Source: Mobula hypostoma (taxonomy: Eukaryota). From it: a DNA stretch of 64,000 nucleotides. The DNA lies in NCBI RefSeq assembly GCF_963921235.1, contig NC_086097.1, forward strand, positions 76,448,001-76,512,000, written 5' to 3'. Shown piece by piece: positions 50,111-63,399 of this stretch. Numbering within the stretch: position 1 is the first letter of the stretch; every line of letters begins with the position of its first letter. Under the pieces are notes generated by a model. The model made no database searches. It had not been told where the DNA came from and saw only the letters and a program-made list of their open reading frames with translations. Made by a program: the position numbers and the translations under genes.

Positions 50111-52044
50111 CCTTTGCTATTCCTACCTGGATTTCCCCTTTTAACAGCCTAGCAACCTACTCAGCTCAGACAATAAATGTTGAAATTAAGAAAAGCAATC
50201 TTTGAGACTACCATCAAGCTTCAACACCAGGAAAGCCAAGAGTCACTATAAATATGCATAAAATGCAGCCATATTGGTGAAAATACAAGCCTTTAGGTAT
50301 ATTAATCAAAGGCTAATTACAAAGTTAAGTAAATCACGGCCAAAGGAACAGACCAATATTTTGTAGTCAACTGCATTTCATTTTGAATGATGGACAGTCA
50401 AATGGTCAATTGGGGAAGACAACTCCATCAACGTACCCATCCTTGAGCAGAAAGAAGCTCGACATAATATTGGTAAAATAATTCAGCCAAACTATTGGTA
50501 AATATCTTTAGACAGATGGACCATGCAGATGCTTGAACACTCTTTTCAGTTTAAATCCTCACCATCAGTGAAGCCAGATTTCAAACAACTTAATTCAATC
50601 ATCTTACAACACTGGATGGAGCAATGGCTAAGACTGTCATCGATATCACGGTAACAGTGTTATAGCCTTGTTTTTAAGTATCAGGTACATGCAAGCAAAG
50701 CTATTTCATTGTAGCTATATTACTTGCATCTAACTGACAAATAGAGGGGAAAAAATAACCTCCAATCACCTCACTTTAAACATTAGTCTCTCTGGAACCA
50801 AATATCCAAAGGATAATGACAAAGAAAATGTCATCTTTTATAACTGTATAACTGCAACCTTAACAATTGTTACCATTAGGAAGGAGGTATAGAAGCACGA
50901 AGGCACACACTCAGAGATTTAGAAACAGCTTCTTCACCTCTGCCACCTGATTTCTAAATGGACATTGAATCCATAAACACTACCTCACTACCTCAATTAT
51001 TTTTGTTATGCATTATTTTGAATTTAACTATTATATATATATACACTGCACCTGTAAAAGTTTGCTTATTAACCTACAGTCTTGTATCTAACACAAAGTC
51101 TTGTTCTCCCCCCCACCCACACACACTAATCCTGCAGTCCCTTACTTGAGAAAGAACAGTTTCCATATTTTGCTGCTTGACTTCATACAAAAGATTTAAT
51201 AAATCATAATTGAAGTAGCAGGGAGTATCAAGATTGAAAGAAAACAGAAGACTCTCTGGACCCATGAAAATAATCATTCCGTCTTTAATGGCTGTAATAC
51301 ATATTCACAAAAAGCTCCAGTGAGATCTCTTGTTATTAGCATATGCTGCTCTAAGTGTGTGTTGCACTTTTGGACTTTCCATCCTTTAGTGAGATCTTCT
51401 GCTGAAGTCCTAACTAACCTGTCAGACGAAGGCAGCAGATCCCACTTCATTATTCAGTAAGCAAAGTGTCCACCTGATATCAAAACTGACATTTATCCTT
51501 CAACTTACTCCAGTACAGAAATAATGCACTAAATAGTCTCTGTAATTCTGGAACAAAAACTGATCTTTTGCATTGATCTTAAAATCAATTCCCATACTTT
51601 GTTTTGGGATTGCTAATATAGCAAACAATATTAGTACTTCAGTAGCATCAATGCCATGGGTGTCTGCTGTTCCATAGCATATAAAAAAATAGAAGCAGCA
51701 GCACACCTATCCCCTCAGGCCTGCCCTCTCCCTATTAAACATAATTGTGGCTATCTATCCCAGGCTTCAACCACTCTTCTGTCCCAATTAATTATAGTCA
51801 TCAATTTCCAATGTTTCAAAATGTATCTACCCCCTCTTTAAATATCTCCAGTGATCACGTCTCCGCATCCCTCCAGGGATTCCAGAGATTTGTCACCCTC
51901 TGTAAGAGATCTGCAGGAAGAAATTTCTGTGCACGTCATTTGTAAATGACCATCTTTTAGCCATATCCCCTTGTTTGAGACTCTACCATTAGTGGATATT
52001 TCTCAGCATCTATCCTGTCATGATTGCTTAGGATTTTAGACAGT

Positions 52045-52602
52045 CCAACCTGATTGCTCCTCATTCAAACACTGTCGGACGATGCTGAGGATGTTCTACG
52101 AGTCTGTGGTGGCCAGTGCTATCATGTTTGCTGTTGTGTGCTGGGGCAGCAGACACCAACAGAATCAACAAACTCATTCGTAAGGCCAGTGATGTTGTGG
52201 GGATGGAACTGGACTCTCTCACGGTGGTGTCTGAAAAGAGGATGGTGTCCAAGTTGCATGCCATCTTGGTCAATGTCTCCCATCCACTACATAATGTACT
52301 GGGTGGGCACAGGAGTACATTCAGCCAGAGGCTCATTCCTCCAAGATGCAACACTGAGCGTCATAGGAAGTCATTCCTGCTTGTGGCCATCAAACTTTAC
52401 AACTCCTCCCTTGAAGAGTCAGACACCTTGAGCCAATAGGCTGGTCCTGGACTTACTTCCATCTGGCATATTTTACATTTTATTATTTAATTAATTATGG
52501 TTTTATATTGCTATATCTATACTCTATTCTTGGTTGGTGCAACTGTAACGAAACCCAATTTCCCTCGGGATCAATAAAGTATGACTATGACTACTATGAC
52601 TA
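52045..52602 (+). mobile_element. Rex1/Babar-like LINE 3' fragment
   Basis: RINKLIRKASDVVG..SHPLH..CNTERHRKSFL. aataaa plus (ATGACT)n tail. Confidence 0.75.
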
Positions 52603-53321
52603 AAATGAAATATAGAAACAACTTTTTAGTAACTTCCTCTCAATGTAAGAATTAGCCAAGTGAATCTCTTTCTATTATCTCCAATGCTAGTATATAATTC
52701 CTCAAAGAAGAGCAATAAAGCTGTTTTTTGAACTCCATGGATGACTCACCGACATTCGGGAGAATTGTAACAATACTTCCCTATTTTGAAACTTCAGACA
52801 GCTTCAATAAACACCAATATGCCATCCTTTAGTAAGGTACAAGAAAAACTGATGTCTCAAATTGCACTGTGATCGTTCCTTATTAGAAAGTGGAAAATGG
52901 AAGTGCTAATGACAAATAGATTAACAGGATTTTTCAGTATTTTTACTTCACAAGTAAAATTAGTACGTTGCATATTTTATTTAATGACAATGGTACCAAG
53001 ATGATAAAGGACCAAAGTGACACGTGTGGGATTAACATGTAGCATTAGTGATCACATTTGATCTAAACTAACGAGCACTTGGCTTTCTTCATCTGTTTTG
53101 GTTTTATCACTTTTCAGTTTGTCAATGAGTAGTCAAATCTCACTGAAATTAATTAGTTTCTTAATTGCAACAAAGCTTACCCAGCAAACTTATATATTCC
53201 CTCAAAGTATTATACTGACTAGTTAGTAGTCAAATTAACCAATAAGATGATGACCTCACCCAAAAAGACAATTTCAGTATGTGCATCCTCAGCACATTAA
53301 CCACACCCAATAAATCTAATT

Positions 53322-55303
53322 TAAGCAACATACACAAAATGCTGGTGGAATGCAGCAGGCCAGACAGCATCCATAAGAAGCACAGTTGACGTCTCGGGCC
53401 AAGACCCTTCGTCAGGACTAACTGAAAGAAGAGATAGTAAGAGATTTGAAAGTGGGAGGGGGAGGGGGAGATCCGAAATGATAGGAGAAGACAGGAGGGG
53501 GAGAGATGAAACTAGGAGCTGGAAAGTTAATTGGCAAAAGGGATACGAGGCTGGAGAAGGTAGAGGATCATGGGACGGGAGGCCTAGGGAGAAAGAAAGG
53601 GGGAGGGGAGCACCGGAGGAAGATGGAGAGCAGGCAAGGAGTTATTGTAAGAGGGACAGAGAGAGAAAAAAAGGAAAAAAAAATAAATAAACAAATAAAT
53701 AAATAAGGGATGGGCTAAGAAGGGGAGAAGGGGCATTAATGGAAGTTAGAGAAGTCAATGTTCATGCCAACAGGTTGGAGGCTACCCAGACGGAATACAA
53801 GGCGTTTTCCTCCAACCTGAGTGTGGCTTCATCTTGACAGTAGAGGAGGCCGTGGATAGACATATCAGAATGGGAATGGGACTTGGAATTAAAATGTGTG
53901 GTCACTGGGAGATCCTGCTTTCTCTGGCGGACAGAGCGTAGGTGTTCAACTTGCAAAAATGTCTACCTGGGTTGACTATTCCTCTTCCCACCCTGTCTCT
54001 TGCAAAAATGCCATTCCCTTCTCGCAATTCCTCCGTCTCTGCCACATCTGCTCTCAGGATGAGGCCTTTCATTCCAGGACGAAGGAGATGCCATCCTTTT
54101 TTAAAGAAAGAGGCTTCCCTTCCTCCACCATCAACTCTGCTCTCAAATGCATCTCTCCTATTTCACACACATCTGCTCTCACCCCATCCTCCCGCCACCC
54201 CACTAGGGATAGGGCTCCCCTTGTCCTCACCTACTACCCCATCAGCCTCCTGGTCCAACATACAATTCTCTGTAAGTTCCGCCACCTCCAACGGGATCCC
54301 ACCACCAAGCACGTCTTCCCCTCCCACCCCCGCTTTCTGCTTTCCGCAGGGATCACTCCCTACGCGACTCCCTTGTCCATTCGTCCCCCCCATCCCTCCC
54401 CACTGATCTCCCTCCTGGCGCTTATCCTTGTAAGCGGAACAAGTGCTACACATGCCCTTACACATCCTCCCTCACCACCATTCAGGGCCCCAGACAGTCC
54501 TTCCAGGTGAGGTGACACTTCACCTATGAGTCGGCTGGGGTGATATACTGCGTCTGGTGCTCCCGCTGTGGCCTTCTATATATTGGCGAGACCCGATGCA
54601 GACTGGGAGACCATTTCACTGAACACCTATACTCTGTCCACCAGAAAAAGCAGGATCTCCCAGTGGTCACACATTTTAATTCCACGTCCCATTCCCATTC
54701 TGATATGTCCATCCATGGCCTCCTCTACTGTCAAGATGAAGCCACACTCAGGTAAGAGGAACAACACCTTATATTCCGTCTGGGTAGCCTCCAACCTGAT
54801 GGCATGAACACTGACTTCTCTAACTTCTGTTAATGCCCCTCCTCGCCTTCTTACCCTAGCCTTTATTTATTTATTTGTTTATTTATTTATTTATTTATTT
54901 ATTTTCCTCCCCTTTTTTCTCTCTCTGTTCCTCTCACAATAACTCCTTGCCTGCTCTCCATCTTCCTCTGGTGCTCCAACCCCCTTTCTTTCTCCCTAGG
55001 CCTCCCATCTCATGATCCTCTCCCTTCTTCAGTCTTGTATCCCTTTTGCCAATCAACTTTCCAGCTCTTAGCTTTATCCCTCCCTCTCTTGTCTTCTCCT
55101 ATCATTTCAGATCTCCCCCTCCCCCTCCCACTTTCAAATCTCTTACTATCTCTTCTTTCAGTTAGTCCTGACAAAGGGTCTCGGCCCAAAACGTCAACAG
55201 TCCTTCTTCCTAAGGATGCTGTCTGGCCTGCTGCGTTCCACCAGCATTTCGTGTGTGTTGCTTGAATTTTCAGCATCTGTACATTTCCTCGTGTTTGCGT
55301 TTT
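53322..55303. mobile_element. Penelope-like fold-back of about 2 kb with 11-bp TSD
   Basis: Minus arm 53322-53948 and plus arm about 53962-55303. TSD taaatctaatt at 53311-53321 / 55304-55314. Hammerhead remnants at 53383-53424 (-) and 55159-55200 (+). Confidence 0.9.
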
Positions 55304-56299
55304 TAAATCTAATTCAATGTCACTTTATTACAAATAACACTGCAGAATCCTCAGTGAAGCTTTTTATGAAAAGTATGGATTGAAGGAAATTGATTAGATT
55401 TCAAGTACTTAAACTGCATCTCTTCAGTGTACTAACATGAAAAGGCCACAAGAAATAATTCCTGCATCCAGTGTCAGAAGTGTGCCTTTGACTGTGATTT
55501 GCTTTAAAAATTTGCTAAAGATGGAACCTATGAATTAGCAATCAAACTCATGTATAGAGAGAAGGACAAAGTAAGTGAACATGTTGTGAAGCAGTTATTG
55601 ACCTAAAAATAGTAGGTGGAACACATTTTAATTTCTACCTCATTGTTTGGATCCGGGCTTGACTGAGGCTTTCACTCTACAATCATACATGGAGAATACA
55701 GCAAGGAGCATTAAGTCAGTCATTAAAAACATAAAAATAAAATCAAAAAGGAACATAATTAAAACCACCTGAGTAAAAATAAATTAAAAATGATCCTATA
55801 TGTATAGTTCTGCATTGGGCATCATTAACTGTGAAATTTCCACAGAAATTAACGTAGAAAGAGGATGAGAATTCGAGATCAGACAATCCAGTGGGTGACT
55901 TAAAGCTAATTTACATAAAAGTTCAGGGAACAAGAAAACTGCCAGTGGTTAACTACAGAAAGCCTAACTTTTACAAAGGTATGTGCAATAACATGCAAAT
56001 GGTAAGCATACATTATATTATCATGGCAAACAAGTCAATCTGTTACAATTTGACAAACGCAATATTTATAGATGAGTAACACTTAGAAACAACTCATTAT
56101 TTTTCAAATGGAAAATAATTTTGGTTGTTAATATAACCTCTGTTTTCATAACACGTACTACCTAAATGGCAGATTTTTAAAGTACATATATACTTTTTCT
56201 TACTACACCTGTCCTCAGTAAAGGAGCAGGAGGAGTTAGATTCACATACCAATGTCAAAAACTATTAAAATGAAATTAAACTCGTAATTTTTCCTACAA

Positions 56300-56451
56300 G
56301 CAACAGAAATTCTGCAGATGCTGGAAAACCAAGCAACACACACAAAATGCTGGAGGAGCTCAGCAGGCCAGGCAGCATCTATGGACTGCTGAACGGTCTC
56401 GGCCCAAAACATCGACTGTACTCTTTTCCATAGATACTGCCTGGCTTGCTG
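56300..56451. repeat. Penelope-derived fold-back of about 150 bp
   Basis: cagcaggccaggcagcatctatgga pairs with tccatagatactgcctggcttgctg. TSD atttttcctacaa / attttccctacaa (12 of 13 match). Confidence 0.8.
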
Positions 56452-56642
56452 ATTTTCCCTACAAACCTATTTTGAGATTTTATTATATACCCAACATCAT
56501 GTGTTGATTGTGCTTGTCAAAATCGTCAATCATTTATATTTTCAGAACTCAGACCATTTAAATTTAAACTAGTAACTGTCTGTTAATATTTGATAATATA
56601 ACATAGGCTCTCAAAATATAAGAGTAAAGGGTTTGAACATAC

Positions 56643-58004
56643 GGATTTTCCTTCTGTGGATTCTGCGGGTTTTTTCTGTTCAGAAGATGGCTTTAGGAAT
56701 GATCTTTCAAATATAGCTTTTAAGGATTCCTTTTCTTGCCTTTTTTTCTTTTTCAGGCTTTCCAGATCCAGTGAATTAGCTGTATCTTTTTTGACAGTAC
56801 GGCCCGAGAAAAAGGATTTGAAACTTTCCAAAGTATTCTCACTAGGGGCACGAATAGGTGCTTCAGCTGGTGGTGGTTCTTCTTGTGGTGGTTCTTTTGT
56901 CTTTTCAGAATTCTTAGATTCATCAGCAACATCTGTTTTATCACCCGCATTGGGTGCATCAAAAATTAACTGACTGAGCTGCTCCAAGAGTCCCGAATTC
57001 TTCTTTGGCTCCTGTGGCCTTCCTTCATCTTTTCTCTTTGGTAATGATTCTGCCAAGAGTTTTGCTGTAGATTTTTGTCCAGGTTGAGTCAATTTTAACA
57101 TTGCCAAATCAGTATCCTTTTGTTTAATCTCTGAAATTGTCTCCCTTGTCTCACCTGTAGCACCTTTCTTCAATAAACGCAAGCCACTAAACAGAGGAGG
57201 CATTTGAAAGGCTTTCTCCATCTGTGTAGCAGAACCTTGGGTAGAACTGTTAGAACTGTCAGTCGACATAGGTAATGCCAAATCATTCCCCGACTTAAAT
57301 AGTGATTTTTGTTCTTTTTCGGTATCATTATTGATGTTTTCTGTTTTACCTTCAGGTTTAGAAGTTATCTCGGTCTCCTCTGTTTCAGTAATATCAATGA
57401 TTTCCTGTTGCTGACTTGGTGTAGGAGCCTCATCCTTTTGTAAATTATGCTCTGGAGTGTGCTTTGAATTTTCATTACTTGTCAATGCAACTTCAGTTTC
57501 ACTGATTTGTTTCTTGTCCTCTCCAGCTTCATCCTCTGAGTCAGTATCACTTGTTGTTTGAACCCGAATCACATGCACTTTATCATCCAGGTCTCTGATT
57601 AATGGCTGTGCCAAAGAACACTCAGGTTCACAGGATATTTTTTGCTTTTCGGTACTTTCAATTTGAGTTTCGTCATCTGTTGACTTTTCTCGCTCTGTGT
57701 TGATTTCTTCTGTTTCTTCTTTTGCTTCAGCAACAACCTGCTCATCAGGCTTAGTGGTATCATTCTTCTCCTTATTATTATCAGATGCGGTGTTGGGACT
57801 TAGAGAGCGATAGAAAGTTAATAATGCATTGCCTTGGTCAACTTTTTGTTTTGCTGGTTCTGAGATTGGCTTAGTCCCACTGCGTTGACCCATAAACGGC
57901 ATTTTCATTGAAAATGCAGAGAATAGTGATGAAGCAGCTTCAGGGGCTGGAGCTGCTGAATTTTTGTCCTGATCCATTTCAGCACCACTTATATTTTCTG
58001 TCAT
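56643..58004 (-). CDS. FMN1: Formin-1, large isoform-IV-type N-terminal coding exon (454 codons from ATG 58004)
   Basis: Long non-repeat ORF. Motifs FQMPPLFSGLRLLKKGATGE..TISEIKQKDTDLAMLKLTQPGQKS and LESFKSFF..LESLKKKKRQEKESLKAIFERS resemble the mammalian formin-1 isoform IV N-terminus (recalled). Ends at a phase-0 donor AAATCC|gtatgt (GT at 56642-56641), in frame with the next exon. In-frame TAA upstream at 58049-58047. Confidence 0.9.
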
Positions 58005-61000
58005 ATTGCTACTACTAAGCAAACTTATAACTGCCTTTCTGAAATGTTAAGTAATTTAGCACGTGCCTTACAGCTGCTGCTAATAGATTACTGGTTTTAA
58101 TATACACAATTTCCAAAATCTGTATGATTCTAAAGTGTACTTCAATGTTTGTCCTCCGTAGCCCCAATCACAACTAGTTTATTATATCCCCCAAACTAAA
58201 AAGTAAAATCTGTGAGCACTTAATGAAAATAGGACTTTCAGTCTCCTACAAACAAACTAGCTGTCTGACAGCATCTATATACTAAAGGAATATTGCTGTT
58301 GCTGTGCTTTCTGCTTCAATAATAAGAACAAAAATACATTTTCAGCTACCTCAAAAATCCAACAGATTAATAGAGTTATCCTAATTACATGCAATTTTCT
58401 CTCCACCCAAAATTAAAGTGTAGGAAGAAATACTGAATACCCTGACTGAGAAGGCCTATACCTTCAAACTGAACCTTAAAACTACAAAAATTTGTCAAGC
58501 AAAGTTAAATTCCGATACAAAAGCAGAATGAACTTCTGAGAACATCTTTCCTGTTGTTTCTCCAGTCTTTAAGGTTTCTTCACTGGCATTCCAAAATCCA
58601 AGAGCTCGGCAGGGAAAGATTAAACAGGCTTCGCCAGAGTCTCAAATCACCCATAAAGTTCATACTGGCGTGAAGCTAGAGGGCTGCAGGCCTGAAATCA
58701 CCGGATAACTCTGCATTCTGAACAGAAGTTGAAAATCTAAAGTCTGACAGAGAACACAAGTAACCTTCCTCCTCCGGCGACTTCCAGCCTTCAGCTGGAA
58801 TGCGAGTTTCCGGCTTGACTGTGAACCGTAAAAGCCCACAGAACTGGTTTCATATTTCCAAATCCTTCAACTACTTCCGCAGTCCAGGCAGGTAGTTATC
58901 AAAAACCCCACCCAGTATGAACAGTAGGAGTAGTGAGCAATCTGACAGCAAGCGTAGCTGAACAACTAAAAGTATTTGCTATGTAATCAGAATATGAAGG
59001 ACTACAGCTTAAAGAAGAATGCACAGCAACTCACTTTTTCCCTTTCTGACTCAAAACCACTTAGTTTTTCCAGATCGAATTCTGTGAGCCTCTCTTACTG
59101 TGGAATGACTGATCACATCAGACTACAATATTTTTTCAAAAAAGTTACGTCTTCATAACATCAACAGTAAGAAGTTATAAGAACAGATGAAAAATGCCCT
59201 TAGAATTTGGAATAAGTAAATATAGCTAAATATTCAGACAGTGAATATATGTCGAGTTAGGGGGAATGTTGTTTGTTTATATTATGGGCAGCTCCTGACT
59301 TTGCAAATAGCTGCTAAAGAAAGTCAACATCTGTTAACTGTTAATTCAATAGGACCTACTCTAAAAGAAATAGCCACAGAGAAACAGCTTAAATTTAGAA
59401 CAATATGCAAGCTATATTTCTCAATTCTCTGCTCTTGAACCAGCTTTTGAACAATTATAGTAGATTCTGCATTAACCACATTATCTTCACTTTTGGTTGT
59501 GTAAACAAACTTGCATGGTTATCAGAGCTCAGCTTTACATTAACCAATGCTGGCTGAAAGCTCTTCACTTTTCAAGGATTAAGAATTCTAAATTCAACAT
59601 TATTATACTTTGTAATTATTTCTGCCTTACATCCATATCCAAGTAGCAGAGAGAAAAAAGGTAACTGTAATGCAAGTAATTCAGAGGACTAAAGCGCATA
59701 TAAATGGAAGCTCAATTCAACTTTTTTCAGTTTGGGAAGTGACCGATAGCAGACTTACAGCAGACCTTATGCAAAACAGTGGAAAAAAAAGATGGATAAA
59801 GGAAGTTTTTTGTAAAGAAAAGGACAAAAAGATTTTGTACAGAGTGACAGAGACAGACCAATGGATATGAAATGCAATGCAAACCTGCTTACTGACAGAC
59901 CTAACTGAGCAACCTCAGATAGCCTCATTTCAAAAGGGGTGTTAGTAATTTAAAAATGTTCATTAATTATTAACAATAGCTTGATCTCAATGTTAGCCCA
60001 GAATTCACAGGGTTAGCTTGTAAAAGTAGTGATAGTGAACAGAAACTGAACATCTGATATTGTGATCTCACTGCATATATAATAGCTTCACAGCTGCTCT
60101 CCTGACCAACTCCTTGGAAACATGTAACATTAGACATCAAGTTTATTCTTTTCTTAAACTGAGCAGAATTGTGCCCGTCTTCTTCTTGGTATCTTAGAAC
60201 TGCTTTCAGCTTCCTGCTGTTTATAGATATCTGTCTCCTAATAGGTCCTGGATTTCCATTTTCTGGTAATGATTCCCAAGAGTCACTTCACAGGTGCTAA
60301 TTGTAATGGACCTGGCTGTAGTCCAGACTCTGAACACATTACTGCTCCAGTTTGTTGGAAAGTTACATGTTATCAATGAGACACTATCTTTTAAATATCT
60401 GCTTCTGTTGTTCTGGGGTTAGGCTGATGAAGATTACAAAGCAAGTTATGTGGTAGTTAGTCCCAGTTATTTGAATGTGTCATGGTCTGACTGGCACATT
60501 CCACCTTCCAGATTCACACTCAGAAGTTCATGTAATCCAAGAAGTGCCAGCTCCCGAATCAAAGGTTTTACCACAAGGTCTGCTGCCAGGCTTTCTGGTG
60601 AAATAGTGTTAGCAATGACAAGATTGTGGTCCATGTAACAAGCAAGTCAAAACAACACCTCCATCCGAATTAGCTTTCACTACTCCCTGTTTACCAACAA
60701 TGCTGCTACTAGAGCACTACCATTTTTTCTAAATCAAAGCACTGAAATTATCCAAGTGTTCTGTTTGTTTCCATTCAGGATGCAAGCCAGCAATTTCCTC
60801 CAAAGTTATGACCTATGTATGTGTTTTATTTCCATAGCAGGAATACTTGTTGCTGAGACACTAGATAGGTTCAGTCTTGACAGCAAATTTCACCTCATGA
60901 ATTTTGTGTTGTCCTCTTGCTTGTCATACTTCTCTCAGGGCAGGCTAAGGAGGGAAACCTCACTAAACCCCAAAGGAAAAGCTAAAAGTTGTGGTTAAAA

Positions 61001-61029
61001 ACAAAATCTATGATTTAGTGGTACAAATT

Positions 61030-61250
61030 GTGAAGGTGTGAATACAACTTACTGAAAACTAGTTCTCAGTGCTGTCAAGGCCACCTTTGGCACAAACACC
61101 CAAGGGCCACTCCACTAACAGCCATATTAATGCCAGAGAGATGCCCAGCATCTGCTGGAAGGAACACTTCAAGGAATTTATCAATCATGTACTTATCAGT
61201 CCTTGCACAACACCATCATTTGACAACAAAGATTAATAAGGAGATGCTGT
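61030..61250 (+). mobile_element. Old RTE-like LINE fragment (continues at about 62540-62790)
   Basis: VKATFGTNTQG..WKEHFKE here, and KLFKNVLKASIK..SLA downstream. Confidence 0.45.
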
Positions 61251-62435
61251 AAAACATTGGACCACTTGGACAACAGCAATACCTACGTCAGGCCGCTGTT
61301 TATTGATTACAGCTCAGCATTCAACACCACCGTTCCCTCAGTACTGATCAATAGCCTTTAAATTCTGGACCTCTGTAGCTTCCTCTGCAACTGGATCCTC
61401 GATTTCCTCATCGGGGGACCAGAGTCAGTACAGATTGGAAATAACAATCTCCTCCTCGCTGACAATCAACAGGCACAAGGATGTGTATATAGCCCACTGC
61501 TCTACACTATGGCTGTATGGCTAGGCACGGCGCAAATGCCGTCTATAAATTTGCCGACAACACAACTGGTGTCAGCAGAGTCTCAGATGGTGACGAGGAA
61601 GCATACAGGTGTGAGACAGACTGGCTGGTTGTGTAGTGTTGTCATAACAACAACTTTGCACTCACCATCAGTAAGATTAAGGAATTGACTGTGGACTTCA
61701 GGAAGCAGAAGTCATGCACAGGTCTTCGTCAAGGGATCAGCAGTGGAAAGGGTGAGCTATGTCAAGTTCTTGGGTGTCAACATCTCTGAAAATCTATCCT
61801 AGGCCAATTATGAACACCACAACAGTGGCTATAGTTCATTAGGAATTTGAGAAGATTTAGAATGCTGCCAAGGACTCTAGCAAATTTCTACATGTACCAA
61901 ACAGAGCACTCTAACTGGCATCACCACCTGGTATGGAAGGGCCACTGCACAGGATCAGAAGAAGCTGCAGAGGGGTATAAGCTCTGCCATCTCCATCATG
62001 GGCACTAGCCTTCCCACCATCCAGGATGTTTCAAAAGGCGAAGCCTCAAACATGTGGCACTCACACCCAGGATATGCCCTCTTCTCATTACTACCATCAC
62101 AGGGAAGGTACAAGAGCCCAAAGACACACACTCAATATTTTAAGAACAGCTTCTTCCCTGGCATTCCCATCAGATTTCAGATATACCTCATTATATATAT
62201 TACAAATTTGCCCTTCACTCCACATTGACAAATAGAATACTGTGCAAAAGACTTAGGCACCCTCACTATATATGTGTCTAAGACTTTTTCCACAGTACTG
62301 TGTGTTGTGTGCATGTGTGTGTATATATCTTTTTATAGTTGATAATATATTTTATGTATTGCACTGTACTACTCCTGCAAAATAATAAATTTCATGACAT
62401 ATGTCACCAGTAATGAACCTGATACTGATTCTGAA
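61250..62435 (+). mobile_element. Rex1/Babar-like LINE (decayed RT to tail)
   Basis: [28 protein letters not shown] and FKNSFFP motifs. (CTGATT)n-like tail. Confidence 0.8.
62235..62300. mobile_element. Tiny Tc1/mariner-like MITE
   Basis: Inverted arms tactgtgcaaaagacttaggcac / gtgtctaagactttttccacagta separated by about 13 nt. Confidence 0.55.
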
Positions 62436-63399
62436 AATGTAGACCACTTTTCACACCTCAGGATCAACTCTAAACAAATACAAACATAAGTGCTTGAAAA
62501 TCCAAACCTCAACACCAGCACAACATCATAAAATAGAACTTCCATTTCAAGTTCTACCACTAAGTTTATCAGGTGAACAGAGGAAATTGTTCAAGAATGT
62601 GCTGAAAGCTTCTATTAAAAGATACAAGATCTCCTCTAATTCATAGGAATCCTTGGCCAATGGCAATGGAGGAGGAGCACATGTAATGATATTAACAATC
62701 TCAAGTCTATTCACTTGGAGCTCAAGGAAGCTCTGTGTTAAATGGCAGAAGAGCCACTTTCCCAAAATACCCACTTACTTTCCCAGAAAATCACTGACTG
62801 AACCATCTATGATAGTATACTCGACTCACACATTGGTCTCACTGACCCCATCAAAACCTCCAGAATATGCATGGAAATAAATCATTCTGAATAATAAATA
62901 TTTTCCAAGAGAGAAAAAAAACACTTCTTAGTTAAGGGCTGCCATTACAGCAACACAGTCATATCTTAGGGTTGGGCATTCTCAAAGGCCCAGAAACAGC
63001 AGTAGTTGATGCAGACCAACTTGCAGCTAAATAACAGTGTCTCATGATGGACAAACAGTTCAGAGGAGGCCTTACCTGGGCAAAAGGTATAATTCTGTAT
63101 TATGCCAAAATACCAGTGTCTAAGGAGATTCAGGACATGATGGCAGGTGGAGCACATTAATGCACTTAAAGTGGTAGGGAAATGCAGTATATTTCCACTA
63201 TTTACACCAACCCACATTAATCTTAACTTTTATTCTCCTCAAAATCTCAACAACATCCTCTACTACCCCATTTCCACAGTTTCTGCCACTCATCTTCCAT
63301 TCTGATGAGAGGCCATAGACCCAAAACTCTGTTTCTCTTCCATAAATGCTACGTAACTTGCTGAAGGCAAGACAATGCCTAAATTTCATTTGGAGTTTG

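Noticed and set aside
56583..56642. C-terminal VCSNPLLLYFESLCYIIKY and the TTG start of the 479-aa ORF call
   Set aside because: The C-terminal part is read-through past the gtatgt donor into intron. The first ATG is at 58004, and non-ATG starts are an artefact of the ORF caller.
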